Part shown: piece by piece, positions 19,401 to 28,099 of the stretch | Numbering within the stretch: the first letter of the stretch is position 1 | Layout: each line of letters begins with the position of its first letter | DNA from: an uncultured bacterium | GTDB taxonomy: Bacteria > Krumholzibacteriota > Krumholzibacteriia > Krumholzibacteriales > Krumholzibacteriaceae | NCBI GenBank assembly: GCA_963786935.1 | Contig: CAWBAN010000002.1 | Coordinates: forward strand, 288,001-352,000 | Direction: 5' to 3' | Length of the DNA stretch: 64,000 nucleotides | Translations under genes and position numbers: made by a program | The notes under the pieces: generated by a model | Seen by the model: the letters and a program-made list of their open reading frames with translations, nothing else | Told to the model about the DNA's origin: nothing | Database searches by the model: none

Positions 19401-20249
19401 AACATGAACTACCGGGGGCTTTGGGTCAGCAACGCCCGGCCGACGATATCGTGGTGCGAGATCGCCTGCAATCAGGAGGACGGCATCTGGGTGACGAGCT
19501 ACCAGTATGATCCGCCCTATCCATATCCTACGATCAGCAATTGCCGGATTCAGGGGAATGGGGTGGAGGGCATCCGCTGCGAGTACAACAAGGCGCAGGT
19601 GACCTACACGAAGATCTGGGAGAACGAGAGCTACGGTCTTCTTGCCTACGGGGTAGACGCCTACCCGGAGATCGACCACTCGAAGATAATCAGCAATATG
19701 CTCGCGGGGGTGAGGGCGGAGGCCGGGGGAACGGCGGTGCTCGGAAACGTCGCCCTCGGGAAAGGGCAGAACAACTCGCTCTACGGGCAGACGAAGAACG
19801 TGTACAACGCAAACGCCTCTACGCTCTACGCCGAGAACTGCTGGTGGGGCGCTGCTCCCCCGGACAAGACGAAGATGTACGGCCCGGTTGATTACACGCC
19901 GTATCTTACGAGCGATCCGGTGCCGAATCTCGCCCCGGCAAAACCGGCCAAGGTACCTCCCATATTCTCCCTCGCTCAGAACTATCCCAATCCCTTCGGC
20001 ATCGGCTCGGAGGCGACATCGATCCGGTTCTCGGTTCCTTCGTCGAGCGAGCGGGCGGTGTTGAGAGTCTACGACGTCTCGGGGAGGCTCGTGCGCACGC
20101 TCGTGGATGGCATGCGGGAGGGCGACAGCTACGTCGCCACATGGGACGGGAGAAACGAGCGGGGAGCGAGAGTGGCGGCGGGGATCTACTTCTACAGGCT
20201 TCAGCACGGGCCGAAGATAATGACCAAGAAAATGGTGCTTTTCAGATGA
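16437..20249 (+). CDS. Secreted S8 serine peptidase with Asp/Gly-rich insert, beta-helix and FlgD-Ig/T9SS-like CTD, copy 2
   Basis: VIDSG (Asp 17115), CHGT (His 17997), AGAGNE, QTSGA (Ser 18618); signal peptide MRKLIACGALC. Confidence 0.88.
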   Translation: MRKLIACGALCILLCMVSRAAAAYDLYNILPDPGTRALPKPTPGIILVSVWQSEKEQNCFYTVNSEVKSLLGERTTSELRARGLRKSRVIYKGDSYCTYALYFNRPGRESELVRYLESQTGVIRARLDYPLQFLAEPNDPIYQPDAVDSLTHWAPFPINYGNKAPFRTCVSGGACCCEAPCSSVESPLWGTLDHLHMSDQWYLQRVRANKAWDVEKGDPAVKIMVIDSGIDLDHPDLDGHIWDNSSVDPEGDANNDGLPGGGNGFANPLVNKDIDGDGLSLWGSETPVAVCDCGPDGDYGFGPNGMDDLPEGPGGGDDDSGETNAWQDNIRGPGNETNPLDSLFNDDMDDVVFMKNDDDGNGYPEDTHGINLYDLIDDYGLGGIPDGVAGVRDWGSDTLEGDYDHDGGRHFNDLQVKTSDFNGNGIQLCGPDGLCDAGPDGDYGFGANGIDDAPEGPTGVPDDDDGPKWADNLRGPGSQHPELAYDDDMKDILFMRYDTDEDGNPFEGPRDDSCPKYNGCHGTLMAGIIGAETNNSEGMAGFVWNCTLLPAKVAIGMPEYEYDPGDTGFVHWNPQAAVERLILALDYAIEKEVDVVNMSLGCYPDLVPGENPLNDPDLEAKVDEAHHSGIVLVAGAGNEPHDYYLYPASFKHVISASGVNWHEEKATYTTYNDSVDVCTPVGDERADTNLTIGMNDRGADCKTTAYSRNPAGGGQENHGYAVTAIQTSGATAQVSGLAALLVSFYPRSRVAQMFPGEYTPSANDSFYADFIEREIKRGCVPLPNEPLYWQGKLGAGRIDAYRSLTQWGTITEDAIWNESVYISGDLNIADSATVTILPGTTVYISTEDDGDLWVDSARVAILVYGTLNANGTAQNPIVFKSWNETPSAGDWYGIWYKGEDASGSLSHCSIQDAKYGVSSDATIEMRDCEVTNSLVAGIYLYDDMDGQSVINNESVIERCTISENDHAGASAMRIWNCPLEIEVDSCTVNMNYRGLWVSNARPTISWCEIACNQEDGIWVTSYQYDPPYPYPTISNCRIQGNGVEGIRCEYNKAQVTYTKIWENESYGLLAYGVDAYPEIDHSKIISNMLAGVRAEAGGTAVLGNVALGKGQNNSLYGQTKNVYNANASTLYAENCWWGAAPPDKTKMYGPVDYTPYLTSDPVPNLAPAKPAKVPPIFSLAQNYPNPFGIGSEATSIRFSVPSSSERAVLRVYDVSGRLVRTLVDGMREGDSYVATWDGRNERGARVAAGIYFYRLQHGPKIMTKKMVLFR
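17307..17950 (+). repeat. Two internal Asp/Gly-rich repeats in S8 copy 2 (about 17307-17525 and 17738-17950)
   Basis: CD.GPDGDYGFG.NG.DD.PEGP.G..DDD...W.DN.RGPG...DDM.D..FM occurs twice. Confidence 0.85.
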
Positions 20250-20815
20250 TGCGGGAGGGAGAAATCATGCCGAGAAACGTTGTATTCGTTCTTGTGCTTT
20301 CGATCGTGCTCGCGGCGGTGAGTCTTCAGGCGAAAGAGATCCTGCTGGTTCCCTCCAAGGTCGAGGCGATCACGTCGCCGACGGATGCAAGAGACACGAG
20401 AGTGCTGGTGTACTTCGAGCTTCCGAAGGAGCTCTTCGACAAGAAGGTCGCGATCGACAACGCCCTGCTGGTATTCGAGGCTCAGGTGACCGGGGCGGAG
20501 TTCGGGATGGTGCACTTCTTGCCCGCCACGAGAGCGTGGCAGACCGAGGCGAGCGTGACGTGGGAATCCCCGTGGGAAAAGGCAGGCGGAGACTTCACGG
20601 ATCGCATCGCCGGCAAGTGCGTGACGCTTAAATCCGCTGAGGCCGGGAAAGAGACGATCTCCGACGTCACGTTCGTCGTGATGGACTGGGTGTCGGGGAG
20701 GCTCGCCAACAACGGGCTCATTCTCGTGCCGTCGCAGGCGGATCTTGCGGAATCGAGCGCCGCGTTTTCATTCGACAAAGGTAGTCTGAAGCTCGAGATC
20801 GAGTACATGAAGTAG
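18745..20815. repeat. Right conserved arm, copy 2
   Basis: Direct repeat of about 11560-13628; similarity ends at the DNRLRE stop codon. Confidence 0.9.
20267..20815 (+). CDS. Small secreted DNRLRE-domain protein, copy 2
   Basis: Same length (549 nt) and highly similar to 13080-13628. Confidence 0.75.
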   Translation: MPRNVVFVLVLSIVLAAVSLQAKEILLVPSKVEAITSPTDARDTRVLVYFELPKELFDKKVAIDNALLVFEAQVTGAEFGMVHFLPATRAWQTEASVTWESPWEKAGGDFTDRIAGKCVTLKSAEAGKETISDVTFVVMDWVSGRLANNGLILVPSQADLAESSAAFSFDKGSLKLEIEYMK

Positions 20816-20943
20816 GCCGCCGAAATTCAGTGTCTCGCCTGGCAGTTTCTGTTAAAATGCATAGATTGCCCCTCAAGGAGGTCATTGCACGATACTCCTT
20901 TGGGTGATCTGTGCGCGTAACAAACAACGAGGTGAATGTAGCA

Positions 20944-22404
20944 ATGAGAGTGCGTAGCAGCTTCGGACTAGCGCTTCTGGTTCTGGCATTCCCATGCGCG
21001 ATTGGGGCGGGGGAGTTGAGCAAGAGCGCCGAACGCGCCTACGGCTCGATCCGCCCGATGGACGTTTACGATCTATGCAAAAAGATCTCCTCGGATGAAT
21101 TCGCCGGACGGCTGACGGGGGACGCGGGCTACACGGCCGCGGCGAATTGGGCGGCCTCGATGTTCAAGGAATGGGGGCTCAAGCCGATCGATAAGGAGAC
21201 GGGGTATCTGCAGCCCTATCCGTCGCCATATACGATCGTGGACGAATCGGAGATGACGCTCCTCCTCCCGGCCGCTGCCGGCGCCTCGCCGCGCGAGATG
21301 AAGCTCGAGGTCCAAAAGGATTTTATGCCGCTTCTCTTCGCGGCGAGCGGCGATACGACGGCAGACCTCGTCTTCGCCGGATGGGGCATCAGCGCGCCCG
21401 ATCTCGGCTATGACGATTACGCCGGCCTCGATCCCGCCGGCAAGTTCGTGCTCTGCTTCCGCGGCACTCCCGACGAGGCGGACACCGCATTCGAATACTA
21501 CGATCAGCATCGGACCCGCATGCGCGTCGCCAAGGAGAAGGGGGCCCTCGGCATCATCTACATCTACGACAAGCCGAACGCCCATCCGAACGGCGACTGG
21601 ATCGACGGATTCATGCCGGCCATGATCAGCGAGTCCGTCGCCGATTCGCTGTTCGCCGAGGCCGCGCTCACCTGCGCCGCGATCCGGAAGAATCTCGAAG
21701 AGACGAAGAAGCCCGCCTCATTTTCGTTGAGCTCGCGCGCGCGGTACCGCGTCGCATCGAGGCACTTCCCCGACGGCGTCGGATACAACGTCGCCGCGTT
21801 CGTCGAGGGCTCCGATCCGAAGCTGCGCGGCGAATGCGTCGTGATCGGGGCGCACTACGACCACTGCGGGAGCCACATGGGGATGATCTTCCCCGGCGCC
21901 AACGACGACGCGAGCGGTTCGGCCGTCGTGATGGAGCTGGCCGAGGCCTATTCGAAGCTCAAGGAGCGGCCGAAGCGCTCGGTCATGTTCGTGCTCTTCG
22001 GGGGAGAGGAGATGGGGCTTGCCGGCTCGACGCATTTCGCGGAGCATCTCCCCGCGGGATTCGCGAAGGTCACGGGGATGTTCAACTTCGACATGGTCGG
22101 CGAGGGGGACGGGGCGAGCTGCGGATACACGAGCGATCCGCCGGAGCTGCTCGCCGCCCTCGATGAGGCCGGCCGCCGCGTCGGAACCCTGCGGAGAACG
22201 TGGCCGATCAAGCACGTCGGCGTGCGGTCGAGCGATTTCGCGCCGTTCTTCCTCAAGGGGGCCCCGTGCGTCGCGTGTTTCTCGAACGGCCCGCACCTCG
22301 CGTATCACGAGACGGGGGACACGATCTACCGCATCAATCCCGACGTTCTCGCCGACATCGCGCGAATCGGGTTTCTCGCGTCGTACGAGTGGGCGAACCG
22401 CTGA
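20944..22404 (+). CDS. Secreted M28 family peptidase with PA domain
   Basis: GRLTG, VFAGWGI, IGAHYDH, PGANDDASG, FGGEEMGL.GS, NFDMVG, SDF.PF, YH. Confidence 0.92.
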   Translation: MRVRSSFGLALLVLAFPCAIGAGELSKSAERAYGSIRPMDVYDLCKKISSDEFAGRLTGDAGYTAAANWAASMFKEWGLKPIDKETGYLQPYPSPYTIVDESEMTLLLPAAAGASPREMKLEVQKDFMPLLFAASGDTTADLVFAGWGISAPDLGYDDYAGLDPAGKFVLCFRGTPDEADTAFEYYDQHRTRMRVAKEKGALGIIYIYDKPNAHPNGDWIDGFMPAMISESVADSLFAEAALTCAAIRKNLEETKKPASFSLSSRARYRVASRHFPDGVGYNVAAFVEGSDPKLRGECVVIGAHYDHCGSHMGMIFPGANDDASGSAVVMELAEAYSKLKERPKRSVMFVLFGGEEMGLAGSTHFAEHLPAGFAKVTGMFNFDMVGEGDGASCGYTSDPPELLAALDEAGRRVGTLRRTWPIKHVGVRSSDFAPFFLKGAPCVACFSNGPHLAYHETGDTIYRINPDVLADIARIGFLASYEWANR

Positions 22405-22436
22405 GGCGGCGGAAGCAACCGAAGCGCGAAAATGAT

Positions 22437-22468
22437 AAAGCCGCGCGGTCTCGAAACCGCGCGGCTTT
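22437..22468. terminator. Bidirectional intrinsic terminator
   Basis: AAAGCCGCGCGGT-ctcgaa-ACCGCGCGGCTTT between convergent genes. Confidence 0.8.
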
Positions 22469-22526
22469 TCATATCATCGGGGCTCCCGCGAGGCAACTCA
22501 GGTCGCGCGACGCGGGCGATTCCCGA

Positions 22527-23306
22527 TTACTTCGGCATGATCTCCTTCACCGCCGCCGGAACCTGGAAGATCGTGTCCGGGAGCGTGACATTGTATTCCG
22601 CGCTCACGAGCGTCATGTTGCGGTCCTGTCCCATGATCTTCATGCTCGTCTTGTACGACACGAGGACATCGCCGACCTTCCGGTAGTCGGTGGGGTACGC
22701 CTCGATGGTGACGTCGCCCATCTGGCTCTGGACGACGGTCGTCGTCTTCACGAGGAGCCCGGATTTCTGATCGAAGCTGTACGCGCGGGCCCGGCCGTTC
22801 TTCGGCTTCAGGATGATCTTGTCGGCGGGGCTTCCCGCGACCGTGTCGACGCCGGCGTACGTCACCGTGTCGTACAGGGTGCGCCAGTACGCCATGCCTT
22901 CGAACTTGGCTTCGCGCAGCGCGTCGGTGAGCTCCGCTCCTTCGAGGAGCCGCGCTCCCTGCATCGTCGAGTTCTCCCAGTAGATTGTCCCGTCGGTGCC
23001 GCGCTCGAAGGTGCCGATCGCGGGGGATTCGGCCTTTGAATAGAAAAGATTCGGCCGCGCCGAATAGGCGGTCACATCGAGCGTGATGCCTGCCGCCGGT
23101 ATCTCGAGGGCTCCCTTCACGACGCTGTTCTGGAGCTTGTCGTACGCCTTGACGCCCCCCGTCGCCTCGACGAACTTGTCGAGGATCTGCTCGGGCTTGG
23201 GAGCCTTGGGCGCCTTCTCGGCGAACGACACCTGCGCGCCGAGGGCGAGAACGAGAACCGCGAGCGCCGCGATCGAGATCGCCGCTATGCGCATCCTGCT
23301 ATGCAT
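22527..23306 (-). CDS. Secreted LolA-like / DUF620-like protein
   Basis: Signal peptide; EQILDKFVEATGG, FDQKSGLLVK, DYRKVGDVL, EYNV.LPD.IF; GGAGG RBS. Confidence 0.65.
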   Translation of the reverse strand: MHSRMRIAAISIAALAVLVLALGAQVSFAEKAPKAPKPEQILDKFVEATGGVKAYDKLQNSVVKGALEIPAAGITLDVTAYSARPNLFYSKAESPAIGTFERGTDGTIYWENSTMQGARLLEGAELTDALREAKFEGMAYWRTLYDTVTYAGVDTVAGSPADKIILKPKNGRARAYSFDQKSGLLVKTTTVVQSQMGDVTIEAYPTDYRKVGDVLVSYKTSMKIMGQDRNMTLVSAEYNVTLPDTIFQVPAAVKEIMPK

Positions 23307-23347
23307 GCTTTCGCACCTCCGAAGTTCGGGCCATTGAGAATCGAGGA

Positions 23348-24670
23348 TCATTCACCTTTATAATGCTGTTCGCGTATCCAGTCAATCGCCGCTTCGAGCG
23401 CGGGGTCGTTTCCCGCGAGCAGCGCCTCGCGCGTCGGATGAACCTCGACGTCCGGGTGGACGCCCTCTCCCTCGAGCTCGACGCCGGTTCGAGAGATGTA
23501 CGACGCGAAGGCGTACTGGAATCCGTCGCCGTTCGGCAGGCGTTCCGCCGCCGAGGGGAGGGTGGCGCCGATGGTCCGCGATCCGAAGAGGCAGACCCGC
23601 GGGAGCCCCTGCGCGCCGCCGGCGAACATCTCCGACGAGGAGCCCGAGAGCCCGTCGACGAGAATGGCGACGGGGCCTTTATAAACCCGCGCGCGCGGAT
23701 TGACGACGAGCTTCAACGTGTCGGTGCGCGTCCGCATCGTCCCCATCGCGACGTTTTTCTCCTCGACGAACCAGCCGGCCAGTCCCATGCCCATTCCGCC
23801 GATCCCGCCGGGATTGCCCCGCACGTCGATGACGACGCCCGGCGCGTCCATGAACGACTGCATCGCCTTTCCGAAGGCCGGCATGAGCGTCGCCGGATCG
23901 AAGAAGACGCTGAAGGTGAAATAGCCGACGCCGTCGGCGAGCGTGTCGGTTCGATACGTGAGGTAGAACGGCGGGAAGTTGCCGAAGATGACCTTCTTGC
24001 CCTGCGGCTCCGCGAGAATCATCGTCCGCTCCGCGGGGCGGTTGTCCCCGTCGACGAAGACGGCGGTCAGCGTGTCGCCGATCGGGCCTCCCATCCTCGA
24101 GCGCACCGCGGACCACAGGTAGTAATCCTTTCTCGGCTTGCCGTCGAACTCCTTCGCGATCGGCTCGAAGACGGGCGGGAGCTCCTCGCCGTCGATCGAG
24201 CGGATCTCCCAGCCGGGGCGCACGCCCGCCTGCTCGCCGGGCATGCCGGGCGCGACGAACGTCACGATCGCCGTGCCGTCGATGATGCGGAACTGGAGGC
24301 CCGTGGTGCCGCCGCGGTCCCCCTTCTTGGCGGGCGCTTCGATATTATCGTACAGCGAAGCGGGGATGATCGCGAAATGGCTCTGGTGCAGGCGGCCGAT
24401 CATGTCCGTCATCGCGGCCCGCGCCTCTTCGGCGGTCTGCGCGTTCTGAACCTTCGGGAGCAGCTCGTCGTGCACGGCCTGCCAGTCGAGGCCGCCGAGC
24501 GTCGGATCGAAATGCTGATCGCGGATCGTTTTCCAGACGTACTCGAAGGAATCGATATTGAGCTGGACCTGTTCGGGCGAGGGCTGCGCCATTGCGGGGC
24601 GGGGCGCGACGACGAGCGTCGCGAAGGCGGCGAGCGCCGCGCCGATGACGAGAAGGGTACGCCGATACAT
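23348..24670 (-). CDS. Secreted S41 family peptidase with PDZ domain
   Basis: VIDVRGNPGG, ILVDGLSGSSSEMF, LPNG, LEGEGV.PDV. Confidence 0.88.
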   Translation of the reverse strand: MYRRTLLVIGAALAAFATLVVAPRPAMAQPSPEQVQLNIDSFEYVWKTIRDQHFDPTLGGLDWQAVHDELLPKVQNAQTAEEARAAMTDMIGRLHQSHFAIIPASLYDNIEAPAKKGDRGGTTGLQFRIIDGTAIVTFVAPGMPGEQAGVRPGWEIRSIDGEELPPVFEPIAKEFDGKPRKDYYLWSAVRSRMGGPIGDTLTAVFVDGDNRPAERTMILAEPQGKKVIFGNFPPFYLTYRTDTLADGVGYFTFSVFFDPATLMPAFGKAMQSFMDAPGVVIDVRGNPGGIGGMGMGLAGWFVEEKNVAMGTMRTRTDTLKLVVNPRARVYKGPVAILVDGLSGSSSEMFAGGAQGLPRVCLFGSRTIGATLPSAAERLPNGDGFQYAFASYISRTGVELEGEGVHPDVEVHPTREALLAGNDPALEAAIDWIREQHYKGE

Positions 24671-24850
24671 ATATCCTCCGATTGAGGGCGGGTTCGTCGA
24701 TTGCCGGGTGCTTGCAATAATATACGCTCCTCAATTAAATAGGTTCCGGTTTGGAAATCCACATTTTTGGCACTTCGGCGGCCGGCGCGGGTATAGTATT
24801 ATCGGCGGCGGCCGCGGCATGGACGCCGCGCGCGGAAGGGGCATATCCAC

Positions 24851-26212
24851 ATGAAAATGGATCGGATAGCGGCTTTCATGGCGCTCTGTCTCGCCGTCTG
24901 TCTCACGGTCTGCCTGCCGGGCGCCGGCGCCTCTCGGGGTAACGCGGGAGCGGCGCCGGCGGGCTGCGCCGCAGGGCAGGAAGCCGCACAAGCGATCGGT
25001 GACGAGCGCGAGCGCAATCTGGCCTCATTCGACCTCGTGTGGAAAACGGTGAAGGACACCTACCCCGATTCGACGCTCGGGGGGCTCGACTGGGCTGGGA
25101 TGCGTGACAGATTCAGGCCGCGGATGGAGTCGGCAGCGACGATCGACGAAGCGCGAGCGGTGATCGGGGAGATGCTGGCGTCCCTCAACCAATCGCATCT
25201 CATGCTCATACCGAGAGACTACTTTAAAGGAGAGCGAACCGACAGCGCGCTCTCCGGCATGGGAGTCTGCGGCTTCGACGTGAGGCCCGTCGACGGAGCG
25301 GTGCTCGTGACGTCGGTGCGTCCCGATTCGCCGGCGTCCGCGGCGGGCGTGCAGCCGGGATGGGAGGTGCTCCGGATCGACGGCGTTCCGGTGCGCGAGA
25401 CGACGGACGAGATCGCGGCGCTCTACAAGGGGAGAAGCCGGTTCGAATTCGAGCTCGTACACACACTCTATTCCGACTTGAGCGGGGAGGCCGGAGACAG
25501 CGTCTCCGTCGCGTTTCGCGACGGGAAGGGTCTCGAGCGCGAGATGGAGATCGCGCTCATGAAGCGCCCCGGCCGTTACGTGCCCGCCTACGGCAACCTC
25601 GGCCCCGCCTTCATCGATTTTGAGGCGAAGAAGCTCGACGGGAACGTGGGCTACATCCGGTTCAACGGATTCGCGGGGGTCGTCTATCTCAGCTCGGCGT
25701 TCAACGGCGCGATGGATACGCTGCGCACGTCGCGCGGCGTGATTCTCGATCTGAGGGGCAACTCGGGGGGCATCGGCGGGATCGCCGTATCGATGGCGGG
25801 CTGGTTCGTCGCCGAGAAGGGGAAGAGCCTCGCGACGATCGCGAGCAGGGATCGCGTCGACCGGATACCCGTCGTGCCGCGGGCGAAGATGTACGGCGGG
25901 CCGCTCGCCGTTCTCGTCGACGGGCTCACCGCGTCGGCGGCGGAGTTTCTCGCGGGCGGACTGCAGGACATCGGGCGCGCGCGCCTCTTCGGCGCGCGGA
26001 CGGCCGGCTTCTCGGGGAGAGGCGAGCTCCTCGAGCTTCCGAACGGCGACCTGTTCATGCACGTGACGGCCCGGCACCTGCGCGCCGACGGCACCGACGT
26101 CGAGGGGAAGGGCATCGCGCCGGACGTCGCGGCGCCGCACACGCGGGCCTCGCTGCTCGCGGGAAAAGACGCTGCGCTCGAGGCGGCGCTCCGCTGGATA
26201 GAAGGAATGTAA
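24851..26212 (+). CDS. Secreted S41 family peptidase with PDZ domain
   Basis: GYIRFNGF, ILDLRGNSGG, VLVDGLTASAAEF, EGKGIAPDV. Confidence 0.9.
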   Translation: MKMDRIAAFMALCLAVCLTVCLPGAGASRGNAGAAPAGCAAGQEAAQAIGDERERNLASFDLVWKTVKDTYPDSTLGGLDWAGMRDRFRPRMESAATIDEARAVIGEMLASLNQSHLMLIPRDYFKGERTDSALSGMGVCGFDVRPVDGAVLVTSVRPDSPASAAGVQPGWEVLRIDGVPVRETTDEIAALYKGRSRFEFELVHTLYSDLSGEAGDSVSVAFRDGKGLEREMEIALMKRPGRYVPAYGNLGPAFIDFEAKKLDGNVGYIRFNGFAGVVYLSSAFNGAMDTLRTSRGVILDLRGNSGGIGGIAVSMAGWFVAEKGKSLATIASRDRVDRIPVVPRAKMYGGPLAVLVDGLTASAAEFLAGGLQDIGRARLFGARTAGFSGRGELLELPNGDLFMHVTARHLRADGTDVEGKGIAPDVAAPHTRASLLAGKDAALEAALRWIEGM

Positions 26213-26242
26213 TTCGGTTCGGCGCGACGAAGGAGGCAATCG

Positions 26243-27322
26243 ATGCGGGAGACGAAGACGATGCGGAAACGAACGGGCGGCAGGGCGAATGGAGCGCGCG
26301 CAACGCGGGCGCTCCGCGCGTTGGGCGCGCTGCTTGCGATCGGCGCGGCGTTCGCGGGCTGCAGCGAAAAGGGCGTCTATCCCGAGCTCCGCGGTCCCTA
26401 TCTCGGGCAGGCGCCTCCCGCGGCGGAGCCCGCGCTCTTCGCGCCGGGCGTCGTGTCGACCGGCTTCTACGAACGCGACCTCGCCGTCACGCCCGACGGG
26501 GGCGAGATCTTCTACGGCCTCGTGTTCGGCGGGCACGTCACGATCATGCACACGCGCCTCGTGAACGGCGCCTGGACCGAGCCGGAGATCGCGCCGTTCG
26601 CCCGCGATCTCTCATGCTTCTACTTCGAGCCGGCGCTCTCGAGCGACGGCAACAGGCTCTATTTCCTCTGCACACGGGCGCCGGCGGGGCAGGAGCCGAA
26701 GACCGGATGGGCCTACCAGAACATCTGGGCGGTCGACCGCGCGGCGGACGGCTCGTGGGGCGAGCCGTACATGATCGGCCCGCCTGTCAGCACGGACGAC
26801 GAGGAGTATTTCCCCTCGGTCACTCGCGACGGGACGATCTATTTCACGCGTCAGATGCAGGGTCAGGAGGAGGGCAACATCTATCGCGCGCGGCTCGTGA
26901 ACGGCGCGTATGCCGAGGCCGAGATGCTCCCGGACGAGATCAACGGCGCGGGGAGCGTCTACAACGCGTGCATCTCTCCCGACGAGAGCTTCCTCATTGC
27001 TTGCGTCGGGGGGCGGGACAGCAGCATCACCAAGGGAATGGCGCACTACTACGTCTTCTTCCGCAGTCCGGACGACACGTGGAGCGAAGGAATCAACCTC
27101 GGCGAGAAGATCAACGCTCCCGGCACGAACGCGCTCTCGCCGTCGATCAGCACGGACGGAAAATACTTCTTCTTCGCGACGACGAAGGCCGAGGATCTCG
27201 ACGCGAAGGCGCCGGGCGCTCTGACGTCGCGGGGAATACGCGAATACTACGGCAAGCCCGGCAACGGGCTCGCCGACATATACTGGATCGATGCGGCGTA
27301 CATTCGGAGTCTGAGAAAGTAG
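26243..27322 (+). CDS. PD40/WD40-like beta-propeller lipoprotein
   Basis: Lipobox AFAGC; GPYLGQ.PP..P.LFAPG.VST; repeated TPDG/SSDG/SPDE/STDGKYFFF; DIYWID. Confidence 0.85.
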   Translation: MRETKTMRKRTGGRANGARATRALRALGALLAIGAAFAGCSEKGVYPELRGPYLGQAPPAAEPALFAPGVVSTGFYERDLAVTPDGGEIFYGLVFGGHVTIMHTRLVNGAWTEPEIAPFARDLSCFYFEPALSSDGNRLYFLCTRAPAGQEPKTGWAYQNIWAVDRAADGSWGEPYMIGPPVSTDDEEYFPSVTRDGTIYFTRQMQGQEEGNIYRARLVNGAYAEAEMLPDEINGAGSVYNACISPDESFLIACVGGRDSSITKGMAHYYVFFRSPDDTWSEGINLGEKINAPGTNALSPSISTDGKYFFFATTKAEDLDAKAPGALTSRGIREYYGKPGNGLADIYWIDAAYIRSLRK

Positions 27323-27367
27323 CGCGGTTCGGAGCCGGCGGGCCGTTCCGCGCTGAGAGGAGAGCTT

Positions 27368-27640
27368 ATGAGCGCAAGCGACGTGTTCATGGCGATCGCG
27401 CTGATCTGCGTGGGGTGGGGCGTCGTATCCGCGATGGTCATCGTTTCCTTCCTGCAGTCGCACGGGGTCAAGATCAACTGGATCCTCATCAAGCTCTGGA
27501 TCATCAAGTACGTGAGCCAGTACGAGGAGATCACGCGGAAGGAAACCGGCAAGGCAGGGGCTTGGTATTTTTCGTATGTCATCTCGATGTTGACGGCGCT
27601 TGGGACGGCCGTCGTCGGGATCATTCTCAAGTGGATCTGA
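27368..27640 (+). CDS. Small membrane protein
   Basis: Two hydrophobic segments; GAGGAG RBS; host codon usage. Confidence 0.7.
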   Translation: MSASDVFMAIALICVGWGVVSAMVIVSFLQSHGVKINWILIKLWIIKYVSQYEEITRKETGKAGAWYFSYVISMLTALGTAVVGIILKWI

Positions 27641-27704
27641 GCGGCGGCAGTTTTAATTAATTGATATTAAATTACTTACGCCAGAAGGCCATATTTTTCT
27701 TGTT

Positions 27705-27743
27705 ATGCTGTGCAACATACAGTATAATGTGTTCGTACAGTAT
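27705..27743. promoter_or_regulatory. Two imperfect palindromes ending TACAGTAT, probable PadR autoregulatory boxes overlapping the -10
   Basis: ATGCTGTG..CATACAGTAT (27705-27725) and ATAATGTG..GTACAGTAT (27724-27743); TATAAT at 27723-27728. Confidence 0.6.
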
Positions 27744-27760
27744 GGCGGGGGTGGTAGACG

Positions 27761-28099
27761 ATGGAAATGGAATTCGGATCATTCGAAACGGAGCTGAACC
27801 GGGGCTTTCTTCAGGTCCTCGTTCTCGTCGCGCTCGAGAAGAAGATGTACGGCTACGGGATGATCAAGTTCTTCGAAGAAGCGGGATACGCGGTCGAGGA
27901 GAACACGCTCTATCCGCTGCTCCGGCGCCTCGAGAAGAACGGCTGGATCAAGAGCGAGTGGGACGTGGGGGAGGACCGGCCGAAGAAATATTACGTAATC
28001 ACCGAGGCGGGCGCGTCGGTGCGCGAGCGGGCGCTCGCGATCTGGGCCGGACAGAACGAAATTCTGAACATCATGAGGGAGGCGAATCGCCATGCATGA
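27761..28099 (+). CDS. PadR family transcriptional regulator
   Basis: ELNRG, YGYGM, ENTLYPLLRRLEK.GWI.SEW, RPKKYY.ITE.G. Confidence 0.93.
   Translation: MEMEFGSFETELNRGFLQVLVLVALEKKMYGYGMIKFFEEAGYAVEENTLYPLLRRLEKNGWIKSEWDVGEDRPKKYYVITEAGASVRERALAIWAGQNEILNIMREANRHA

Noticed and set aside
7020..20815. Diversity-generating retroelement TR/VR pair
   Set aside because: Differences in the arms are mostly synonymous and not adenine-specific, the repeats are kb-scale, and no reverse transcriptase is present in the window
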